A DNA stretch of 64,000 nucleotides from Dehalococcoidia bacterium. GTDB lineage: Bacteria; Chloroflexota; Dehalococcoidia; Lucifugimonadales; UBA3495. The notes under the pieces are model-generated. The model did no database searches, had not been told where the DNA came from, and saw only the letters and a list, made by a program, of their open reading frames with translations. The stretch lies in NCBI GenBank assembly GCA_045562555.1, contig JBJKVO010000001.1, positions 262,089-326,088 on the forward strand, in the 5' to 3' direction. The first letter of the stretch is position 1. Each line of letters opens with the position of its first letter. Positions 38,409 to 47,434 of this stretch are shown here, piece after piece. Both the position numbers and the translations under genes were made by a program.

Positions 38409-38645
38409 TTAAAAGTCTCAATATCCGCCTTTGTATCCTATAGTGACCGCTCCGTTTTCCACGATTACTGGCGTAATCCTTTCCCCATCGGTCAGTTTAA
38501 CGAGTTCAGGGATTTGCTCTGGTTGCTTAGCAAGATCTATTTCCGTATACGGTACCTTGCTCCTACGATAGTCTGCTTTGGCTGCAGCGGAAAAAGCACA
38601 GTCTGGATGTGTGTAAATTAGAATGTCTCCTGTTGCTTCTGTCAT
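38409..38645 (-). CDS. glutaredoxin-like small thioredoxin-fold protein. The conventional ORF ends at TGA 38420-38418. Possible Sec read-through to TAA 38411-38409.
   Basis: ILIYTHPDCAFSAAAK...ITPVIVENGAVTIGYKGGY is Grx/NrdH-like with a CxxS motif. GAGGAG RBS. The sequence ends TAT TGA GAC TTT TAA (see finding). Confidence 0.6.
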
Positions 38646-38750
38646 TAGTTGCTCCTCAGGTAATATGAATAGTTAAATTCTACTACAAGGGAAAATCTTT
38701 GAAATAGGGGTTAACGACACATGTTTCGTATAAAGTTAATTTTGATAAAC

Positions 38751-39386
38751 TTAATATTCAGTTATGGATTCGATTGGAACTTCTAGAGATAGAGATTTTT
38801 GAATTTTGACCTTCTTGTACAAGGCATGGATGATTATGCTTAGTGATAGGAAGCTTAGGCCTATAGTGATTGTCCCGGGATAAACACCAGATCTTCCGAG
38901 TACTAGGATAGCAATGGTGCAAACAAATAGGCCTATTGAAGTTCGGCTATGCATCCTACTGCACATCAGAATGAATATGATGCCTAGAAGCATTGAGATC
39001 ACTGCAATAGATGGTACCAGCATAAATATGATTCCTATCATGCTAGCCATTCCATCTCCCCCTTGAAACTTTGTGAAAACAGAATGCCAGTGTCCAAGTA
39101 TGGCGGCATAAGCGGATAGTAGAGTCACGGCGTCAGGGAGATTGAAATAAATAGGAATTGCGACAGCGAGTGCCCCTTTTAAAATATCGATGGTCATCAC
39201 TAGCACTCCTCTGGCTTTGCCAATACTCCGAAAGACATTCGAGGTTCCTGCGGAACGTGTCCCAACTTTGAAAATATCTATACCTTTACGTTTGCTGAGT
39301 ATGAATGCTGCAGGTATAGATCCTAACAAGTAAGCTATGATTACGCATATGGATGTAGTAGTGACAAGAAGGGTCAAATCGTTCAT
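38751..39386 (-). CDS. PlsY-family membrane protein, divergent paralogue B
   Basis: LLGSIPAAFILSKRKGIDIFKVGTRSAGTSNVFR and GHWHSVFTKFQGGDGMAS align with the PlsY signature blocks. Confidence 0.6.
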   Translation of the reverse strand: MNDLTLLVTTTSICVIIAYLLGSIPAAFILSKRKGIDIFKVGTRSAGTSNVFRSIGKARGVLVMTIDILKGALAVAIPIYFNLPDAVTLLSAYAAILGHWHSVFTKFQGGDGMASMIGIIFMLVPSIAVISMLLGIIFILMCSRMHSRTSIGLFVCTIAILVLGRSGVYPGTITIGLSFLSLSIIIHALYKKVKIQKSLSLEVPIESITEY

Positions 39387-39419
39387 TATGTATCGGTCTC
39401 TTTCATTAATATCTAGTGA

Positions 39420-40250
39420 TTATAATAATCGCCATTCGGAAGAAGACGTTATATTTTTGAAATCTTCTAATATAGAGGGGTTTGAGGCTATAATACCACC
39501 ACTGAAAATATTTGCTGGGTCACCAAATTTTGTTTGGACTTCCCCTCCTGCTTCTCTGACCAACAACAATCCTGAGGCAACATCCCAAGCAGATAGCGAA
39601 TGATGAAAATACAAATCTATTCGGTTGCAAGCTGCGTAAGCCAGTCCTAAAGCAGAAGAACCCATAAGTCTAAAACCTTGTATGTCAGGCCATAGATCTT
39701 GGTGAATCATTGCCAGTGCAGATGTTGCTTTGTCGTCCACGTAACCGAGGTCAAATCCTAATATGGAATCCAGTAGTTTCGATTTGGAGGATATCTTGAT
39801 AGGCTTACCATTCAGATAGGCTCCTTCCCCTTTTACTGCTGTGAACATTTCATTTCTCACAGGATCGAACGTTACTCCCGTAATTATGTCTATTGTGCGT
39901 GTAGCAGGGTCCATTTTACCCAGAGCGACAACCACGCAAAAATGAGGTATACCCGCCGCGTAATTTTTGGTTCCATCTATTGGGTCTATAATCCAAGTGT
40001 AGTCTGAACCTTGGTCGAAAGGATCTGACTCCTCAGATAATATGTTGTGGTCAGGATATTCTGAATTTAAGTGGGTGATTGCCAATTCTTCAGAATGAGT
40101 ATCAGCATCGGTTACAATGTCGGTGCGACCTTTGAAAGATATATCTAGGTCAGTGTTAAATCTGCTTAGGATGTACTCGCCTGATATGATAGCGGTTTCT
40201 TTGGCTACCATAAGGGCAGTTTTTTTGTTTTTAGAAAGTGGCGTAGTCAT
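39420..40250 (-). CDS. inositol monophosphatase family protein
   Basis: EESD, WIIDPIDGTKNY, WDVASG motifs. Confidence 0.85.
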   Translation of the reverse strand: MTTPLSKNKKTALMVAKETAIISGEYILSRFNTDLDISFKGRTDIVTDADTHSEELAITHLNSEYPDHNILSEESDPFDQGSDYTWIIDPIDGTKNYAAGIPHFCVVVALGKMDPATRTIDIITGVTFDPVRNEMFTAVKGEGAYLNGKPIKISSKSKLLDSILGFDLGYVDDKATSALAMIHQDLWPDIQGFRLMGSSALGLAYAACNRIDLYFHHSLSAWDVASGLLLVREAGGEVQTKFGDPANIFSGGIIASNPSILEDFKNITSSSEWRLL

Positions 40251-40274
40251 TTAAAATTTATATGATGTGACATC

Positions 40275-41276
40275 TTACGTATTAACGCTGTAAGAAAGCC
40301 CCATCCTCTCTCTAACTTCTTTCATCGTGTTTTGTGCGGTTACTCTCGCTTTTGCAGACCCGTTTTCAATGCAATCATTAACGTAATCAATATCGTGTTC
40401 ATATTTATCTCGGAGGTCGCGGATTGGGTCTAGAAATTGATTAACTGCAGAGATTAGTTTTTGTTTAACTTCTACATCCCCAACTGTGCCTTGGACATAT
40501 CTTTCTTTAAGATCGTTAACTTCTTCTAAATCATCGTTGAAAGCGTCATGGTACTGAAATACAGGATTCCCCTCTACATGGCCTGGGTCTGTTGCTCGTA
40601 AACGAGTTGGGTCCGTGTACATCGACATAATTTTTTTCTTGACTGTATCTGAATCGTCCGATAGATAAATAACATTACCAATGCTTTTACTCATTTTGGC
40701 TTGTCCGTCAGTTCCCATGAGTCGCGCGACTCTCCCTACTAGACTATCGGGTTCTGGAAAAACTTCTCCATATCGGTTGTTAAACCTTCTTGCTATTTCT
40801 CTTGTCATTTCAATATGCGGTAGTTGATCTTCTCCCACGGGAACTAGATGAGCTTTTGGTAACAGGATATCTGCTATTTGACTGACTGGGTATGTATAAA
40901 ACCCTACAGATAAGCTAGTGTTAGAGAGACGTTCCCTTTCAGATTTTAGCGTTGGATTCCTGTCTAACATTCCTAAAGGAGTCAGCATTGAAAGTAGTAG
41001 CGCTAATTCTGCATGTTCCGGAACATAGCTTTGAACGAGGAATGTAGACTTTTCGGGGTCTAAGCCAACGCTTAGCCAATCTAGTACGACATCTCGAACT
41101 GCTATTTTGATATTTTCCATTTCGTCGATGTGATCTCCAAGGGCTTGGTAGTCAGCTATGAGAAAGAAGCAGTCATATTCCTCTTGCAGTCGAATCCAAT
41201 TTTCCAGAGCTCCGACGTAATGACCTAAATGTAATTTCCCTGTGGGTCTAATGCCTGTGAGTATTCGTTGTTTCAT
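40275..41276 (-). CDS. trpS: tryptophan--tRNA ligase
   Basis: TGIRPTGKLHLGHYVG (HIGH) and KMSKS. ATG 41276 gives a normal ~333-aa protein. The track TTG at 41399 adds 41 unconserved residues. Confidence 0.9.
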   Translation of the reverse strand: MKQRILTGIRPTGKLHLGHYVGALENWIRLQEEYDCFFLIADYQALGDHIDEMENIKIAVRDVVLDWLSVGLDPEKSTFLVQSYVPEHAELALLLSMLTPLGMLDRNPTLKSERERLSNTSLSVGFYTYPVSQIADILLPKAHLVPVGEDQLPHIEMTREIARRFNNRYGEVFPEPDSLVGRVARLMGTDGQAKMSKSIGNVIYLSDDSDTVKKKIMSMYTDPTRLRATDPGHVEGNPVFQYHDAFNDDLEEVNDLKERYVQGTVGDVEVKQKLISAVNQFLDPIRDLRDKYEHDIDYVNDCIENGSAKARVTAQNTMKEVRERMGLSYSVNT

Positions 41277-41470
41277 AATATTAAATTCTATTTGTGTGAT
41301 GTGTTCGTTTGGATATGTACAATTGAGTCCTTGAGATTTAAAAGTATTGGTTCCTAAGTTTTCTAGATCAAAAGACCAGCGGGGTTGAAAATTTGTCAAA
41401 ATACTATCTATCCAACAATTATACCAATCGAGGAAGTATAATACACTAAATTTTACCAGGATGGTTTAAA

Positions 41471-41890
41471 TTGGACACTGTAAGAGTTGGAGTAGGAACG
41501 CTATTAATAAAAGATGAGCTAATATTTTTGTCGAAGCGTTCAGGATCACATGGTGAAGGCACATGGGGTTCTTCTGGTGGGCATTTAGAATTCGGCGAAA
41601 CTCTAGAGGACTGTGCAAAGAGAGAAGCTTATGAAGAATTTGGAATCCAGTTGAGAGATTTACGTTTTTTGTGTGTGTCTAATGTGATTGATTATGGTAG
41701 CCATTATTTAGACGTGGAATTCTTGAGTGAATTAGATGATAACCAAGTACCATCCATTCAAGAACCTAATAAATTTGATATTTTTGGGTGGTTTCCATTT
41801 GAGAATTTGCCAGAGCCACTGTTCAAGCCAGTAGAATATGCGATCAAATCATTTCTAACAGGAAGTTATTACTGGGATAAACATATCTGA
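41471..41890 (+). CDS. NUDIX hydrolase
   Basis: Nudix box GGHLEFGETLEDCAKREAYEEFG. Confidence 0.8.
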   Translation: MDTVRVGVGTLLIKDELIFLSKRSGSHGEGTWGSSGGHLEFGETLEDCAKREAYEEFGIQLRDLRFLCVSNVIDYGSHYLDVEFLSELDDNQVPSIQEPNKFDIFGWFPFENLPEPLFKPVEYAIKSFLTGSYYWDKHI

Positions 41891-41977
41891 CATCAGATTT
41901 GGGTAGTATTTATATGACATTAACGTAGGGTTTATATAGTTTATTTTTGGTAGAATATAGTAGCTGTTCCTCATTAA

Positions 41978-43951
<1,974 letters not shown>

Positions 43952-44010
43952 TATGCATCATTTTGAAAATGGTGTATACTGTGTTCCACTAATATCGTAG
44001 GTGAGATACA

Positions 44011-44268
44011 ATGCCGGCTGAAAAAGCACACAGGCGCTCTAAAACTAAACAAGTACATAACCATAGTATTATGAGTGAGACGCGCACTATAGTGAGTGCT
44101 GCGAAAAAAGCGATATCATCTAACGATGATACGGACCAAGTGAATGAGTTAGTGAATAAAGCAGTGCAACAACTTGATAAAGTTGCAGGAAAGAAACTCA
44201 TACACAAAAACACAGCAGCCAGATCTAAATCTAGACTGATTGCTTCTGCAAAATCTGCTACTGAATAA
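44011..44268 (+). CDS. rpsT: 30S ribosomal protein S20
   Basis: 85 aa, basic. MPAEKAHRRSKTKQVHN..., ...HKNTAARSKSRL. Confidence 0.9.
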   Translation: MPAEKAHRRSKTKQVHNHSIMSETRTIVSAAKKAISSNDDTDQVNELVNKAVQQLDKVAGKKLIHKNTAARSKSRLIASAKSATE

Positions 44269-44420
44269 CTAGGCCTGCCAGACTCTCAGTCCTCTTAGAC
44301 CCGTTCCGCAGCTATTTTTTTGTTGCTGGATTGTAACAAGAATTTAACATTTCCATATTAATATTCTCCTATTCTCGTTCATATAACGCCAAAATCAGAA
44401 ATGAACGCAGAGGAGGAATT

Positions 44421-45602
44421 ATGGAATCTGGTTCTATTGCATGGATGTTGACCTGTTCGGCATTGGTGCTACTCATGACCCCTGGCCTGGCTCTCTTTTA
44501 TGGAGGCTTAGTGCAGGGCAAAAACCTACTATCGACTATTATGTATTCATTTGTATGCTTGGGTCTAGTAAGTGTGGTTTGGGTTTTGTGGGGATATAGC
44601 TTAGCTTTCGGAGAAGGTGGCAACGCCTTGATAGGATCGCTAAACAACTTTGCGTTGAATGGTATAGATTCAGCAGAAGATCAAGTGTTTGTGATTTTCC
44701 AGATGATGTTTGCAATTATAACTCCTGCACTTATTACTGGAGCATTTTGCGAAAGATTCAAATTTAAAACTTATTTAGTATTTTTAGTCTTATGGGTGAC
44801 TTTCGTATATGCCCCAATAGCTCATTGGGTTTGGGATAGTAATGGATGGTTGGCTAATATGGGAGCTTTGGACTTTGCTGGAGGAGCAGTGGTACACATC
44901 AATGCTGGAATAGCAGCTATAGCAGCAGCAGCATTAGTGGGCAGAAGAAAAAATTCTGATGTTTCTCCTAACAACGTTCCTTTCGTAATACTTGGAGCAT
45001 CTATGTTGTGGTTCGGATGGTTCGGATTTAACGCCGGGTCAGGACTTGCTGCTAATGGACAAGCCGTGAGTGCGTTTTTGGTTACCAATACATCAGCTGC
45101 GACAGCTATGATGGTATGGGTGATATTAGGAATCATGCACGGAGGAAAAGTTAGCGGGGTTGGAGCAGCTGTTGGCGCAATTGCAGGATTAGCTACTATC
45201 ACACCAGCTTCTGGTTTTGTAGGTGTTGATGCTGCATTGATACTAGGATTAATTAGCGGAATCGTCACATATTATGCTGTTTATTTTAAATCCAAAGTTA
45301 ATTTGGATGACGCACTAGATGTTTTTGCTGTACACGGTATAGGAGGAATTATAGGGCTAATTGGCACTGGAGTATTCGCATCTGAAGCGGTAGGTGGTGC
45401 TAAAGGCTTAGTCGAAGGTTCATCCGCTTTGCTATTTAATAACTTTATTTTGATCGTCGCTACTGTGCTATATTCTTTAATTGCTACTTTAATAATCTTG
45501 AAAGTTCTGGACATAATACCAGGGCTGGGTTTGAGATCTAGCGAATCAGAAGAAGATATCGGTTTAGATATTAGTGATCATGGTGAGAGCGCTTACAACT
45601 GA
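44421..45602 (+). CDS. amt: ammonium transporter
   Basis: LMTPGLALFYGG, DFAGGAVVHINAG, FGWFGFNAGS, VHGIGG. No glnK/glnB is adjacent. Confidence 0.9.
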   Translation: MESGSIAWMLTCSALVLLMTPGLALFYGGLVQGKNLLSTIMYSFVCLGLVSVVWVLWGYSLAFGEGGNALIGSLNNFALNGIDSAEDQVFVIFQMMFAIITPALITGAFCERFKFKTYLVFLVLWVTFVYAPIAHWVWDSNGWLANMGALDFAGGAVVHINAGIAAIAAAALVGRRKNSDVSPNNVPFVILGASMLWFGWFGFNAGSGLAANGQAVSAFLVTNTSAATAMMVWVILGIMHGGKVSGVGAAVGAIAGLATITPASGFVGVDAALILGLISGIVTYYAVYFKSKVNLDDALDVFAVHGIGGIIGLIGTGVFASEAVGGAKGLVEGSSALLFNNFILIVATVLYSLIATLIILKVLDIIPGLGLRSSESEEDIGLDISDHGESAYN

Positions 45603-45658
45603 ATTTCTATTTAATCCGCTTACAGATAGTTTCTATGCTCGCGATAGTGTGATATATT

Positions 45659-45672
45659 AGAACAAATGTTTT
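45659..45672. promoter_or_regulatory. SOS (LexA) box upstream of lexA (autoregulation)
   Basis: AGAACAAATGTTTT, 15 nt upstream of the lexA ATG and just downstream of a TATATT -10-like hexamer. Confidence 0.6.
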
Positions 45673-45686
45673 AAAAGCGAGAATTT

Positions 45687-46343
45687 ATGGACGAATCAAA
45701 TTTATCTAAGCGGCAGTTGCAAATCAAAGAGGCGATAAGCTCGTTTTGGGAAGCAAACGAGCTTCCGCCTACTGTCAGAGATATACAGGGCATATGTAAT
45801 ATAAGCTCCACGTCTGTGGTGGACTACAACTTAAAAATTCTACAGAAAAAGGGCATAGTCACTCGGCGCAAAGATGTTGCTCGTGGTATTGAACTAGTTG
45901 GCAGTAATGGTCGGGTTTTTAAAGGTTCAGCAAACAAAGTTCCGGTGCTAGGAAAGATAGCTGCTGGTTCCCCTTTGCCTGTGTTTGGAGACAACTTGGC
46001 TGGGCTTGATGAATTTAATTCGGAATATATAGACGTCCCTGGAGGCATAGCTAAAGAAGAAGGTTTGTACGGCTTAAGGGTAGAAGGAACTTCTATGATT
46101 GATTCGTGTATTGATGATGGAGACGTGGTGATCATTAAATCGACCGATAGTGCTCAGAATGGTCAGACAGTTGTTGCATGGCTGATTCAGGAAGAAGAAG
46201 CCACGTTAAAGAAAATATACTTCCATGAGAATGGAGTGGTTAGACTTCAGCCAGCTAATAGCAATATGGCGCCCATTTTTGTGGCGGGAGAAAACATTCA
46301 AGTCAGAGGAACGGTAGTTTCTGTGATAAGAGAGTATGCTTGA
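45687..46343 (+). CDS. lexA: transcriptional repressor LexA
   Basis: N-terminal wHTH and C-terminal S24 peptidase domain with GLRVEGTSMID (Ser nucleophile) and ATLKK (Lys). Confidence 0.9.
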   Translation: MDESNLSKRQLQIKEAISSFWEANELPPTVRDIQGICNISSTSVVDYNLKILQKKGIVTRRKDVARGIELVGSNGRVFKGSANKVPVLGKIAAGSPLPVFGDNLAGLDEFNSEYIDVPGGIAKEEGLYGLRVEGTSMIDSCIDDGDVVIIKSTDSAQNGQTVVAWLIQEEEATLKKIYFHENGVVRLQPANSNMAPIFVAGENIQVRGTVVSVIREYA

Positions 46344-46346
46344 TAG

Positions 46347-46676
46347 TCATTTGGTTCTTGCTACAAGTAAGGAAGTAGTAAGGGATACCAGAAAAGGAAC
46401 GATAAAATTCAGGCCTAACTTATAGGTATCTCCTTGAATTATCGTAGGGTTGAATAAGTTGCCGTAGTTGGTGACGTTTAATATAGTTCCAACTACAAAG
46501 GCAATAACAATGCTTCTTTTTAAAAGTTTGCTATCAAGAATAAAGCACCGTAAACATTTGGATGTTGTAGTTTTAGTCCGTTTTCTAGAGGATTTATCAA
46601 CTCCAATATACCGGGTGCCTTGCGTAGTTTTTTCGCACACATCACATTTGGGGGATTGTTCATCTAGTTGATACAT
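46347..46676 (-). CDS. small membrane protein, NrtS-like C-terminal domain with N-terminal Cys-rich segment
   Basis: KCDVCEK...KCLRC, then RSIVIAFVVGTILNVTNYG...NFIVPFLVSL. The latter resembles the NrtS family as I recall it. Weak call. Confidence 0.4.
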   Translation of the reverse strand: MYQLDEQSPKCDVCEKTTQGTRYIGVDKSSRKRTKTTTSKCLRCFILDSKLLKRSIVIAFVVGTILNVTNYGNLFNPTIIQGDTYKLGLNFIVPFLVSLTTSLLVARTK

Positions 46677-46682
46677 GTGACC

Positions 46683-46718
46683 AATCTCTTGCTTCTCGAT
46701 TCAGAGAAGCAAGAGATT
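46683..46718. other. perfect 15-bp inverted repeat (hairpin) between two small minus-strand genes
   Basis: AATCTCTTGCTTCTC-GATTCA-GAGAAGCAAGAGATT. There is no U-tract on either strand. It ends 6 nt before the ATG at 46676. Confidence 0.8.
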
Positions 46719-46727
46719 ACTATGGGG

Positions 46728-46871
46728 TTAAGATGATTTACCTATTCTAAACAGCTTCGTGCTGCATACCCCGCAGGTACCTTGTGTAGCGGGTCTTCCG
46801 TTCTTCAAGGTGACCGCTGCTGGATTCTGGATTTCTTTTTTGGATCTGCACTTAAAACAATATGCTTCCAT
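46728..46871 (-). CDS. 47-aa Cys4 zinc-ribbon protein (DUF5679-like), not in the supplied ORF track
   Basis: My own translation gives MEAYCFKCRSKKEIQNPAAVTLKNGRPATQGTCGVCSTKLFRIGKSS. AGGAGG lies 5 nt upstream of the ATG, and the stop is TAA. The CxxC...CxxC layout and ...TxKNGRxAxxGxCxxC...F resemble the DUF5679 family as I recall it. Confidence 0.7.
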   Translation of the reverse strand: MEAYCFKCRSKKEIQNPAAVTLKNGRPATQGTCGVCSTKLFRIGKSS

Positions 46872-47022
46872 AGGACCTCCTTTTTTTCTATGTACCGCGT
46901 CAGTTTGAGTATCACTTCGTTAAGCCGATTCAGTACTTATTTAGTGTTCCATTGGAGCATCATACAGAATTAAGCACGTAGATACAATCCCTATCTGTCA
47001 ATTCTAGATCGGGTATGTGTCT

Positions 47023-47036
47023 AGTACTATAGTTTT
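47023..47036. promoter_or_regulatory. SOS-box-like site overlapping the predicted transcription start of the zinc-ribbon gene
   Basis: AGTACTATAGTTTT fits the local pattern AG(A/T)AC-N4-GTT(T/C)(T/G) derived from the lexA and recA boxes. It lies 3-16 nt downstream of the -10. Confidence 0.4.
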
Positions 47037-47038
47037 CT

Positions 47039-47068
47039 ATTGTAAATGGGAATGAGTCTCATTGTCAA
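47039..47068 (-). promoter_or_regulatory. promoter P1 (zinc-ribbon gene) with spacer palindrome
   Basis: On the minus strand: TTGACA-ATGAGACTCATTCCCATT-TACAAT. The 6-1-6 palindrome AATGAG-N-CTCATT sits at 47051-47063. Confidence 0.55.
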
Positions 47069-47111
47069 GAGGCTCTGCCCAGGTGTTTGGGATCAGTGCG
47101 GATCCTGGTGA

Positions 47112-47312
47112 TTATTTGGATTCGTTCTTGGCGTCTTGAATCTTCTTTCTTAATTCCTTGCTGATTTTTGTGATTTCCGTCAACGCTTTTCGGGCTCTTG
47201 TCCCTGCTGCGTTATTGCCTAAGTCAAAGAACTTTGAGACGTTTTCTTTATATTCATCAATCTGTGTTTCGATTTGTGCTCTCAAGCCGTCATCTTTGTG
47301 TTGTGTTGCCAT
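47112..47312 (-). CDS. histone H1-like small basic DNA-binding protein
   Basis: 66 aa. ...FFDLGNNAAGTRARKALTEITKISKELRKKIQDAK matches the bacterial histone-H1-like motif (GNKAAGTRxRK...LR) as I recall it. AAAGGAG RBS. Confidence 0.7.
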   Translation of the reverse strand: MATQHKDDGLRAQIETQIDEYKENVSKFFDLGNNAAGTRARKALTEITKISKELRKKIQDAKNESK

Positions 47313-47394
47313 GTGATATCTCCTTTAATTTGAGTACTCGAGGTACATGCATACTTGAGAATGCCTCACCAGTATGCCCCACCGAGTGATTTAT

Positions 47395-47424
47395 ATCATA
47401 AATGGGAATGAGACTCATTGTCAA
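47395..47424 (-). promoter_or_regulatory. promoter P2 (H1-like gene) with the same spacer palindrome
   Basis: On the minus strand: TTGACA-ATGAGTCTCATTCCCATT-TATGAT. Palindrome at 47407-47419. It starts 11 nt after the truB stop. Confidence 0.55.
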
Positions 47425-47434
47425 TATGGAGTGG

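Noticed and set aside
41277-41470. Possible T-box or leader upstream of trpS. The track ORF begins at a TTGACA-containing TTG 123 nt upstream of the conserved start.
   Set aside because: I found no specifier-loop or T-box (AGGGUGGNACCGCG-like) sequence, and no terminator/antiterminator pair. The same check on the 80-nt alaS upstream region was also negative.
44332-44407. Upstream of amt: a partial palindrome TGTAAC-N6-TTAACA (GlnR/TnrA- or NtcA-like) and a hairpin CGTTCA...TGAACG reminiscent of the P1 stem of the glutamine riboswitch.
   Set aside because: The spacing does not fit TGTNA-N7-TNACA or GTA-N8-TAC. The conserved glutamine-riboswitch core (GGAAGUAGG-type) is absent. This is too weak to call.
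46937-46963. 8-codon upstream ORF (MMLQWNTK) in the leader of the zinc-ribbon gene, and a 16-codon ORF overlapping the cysK-leader terminator.
   Set aside because: Neither has an RBS or regulatory-codon enrichment, and both are too short to support.
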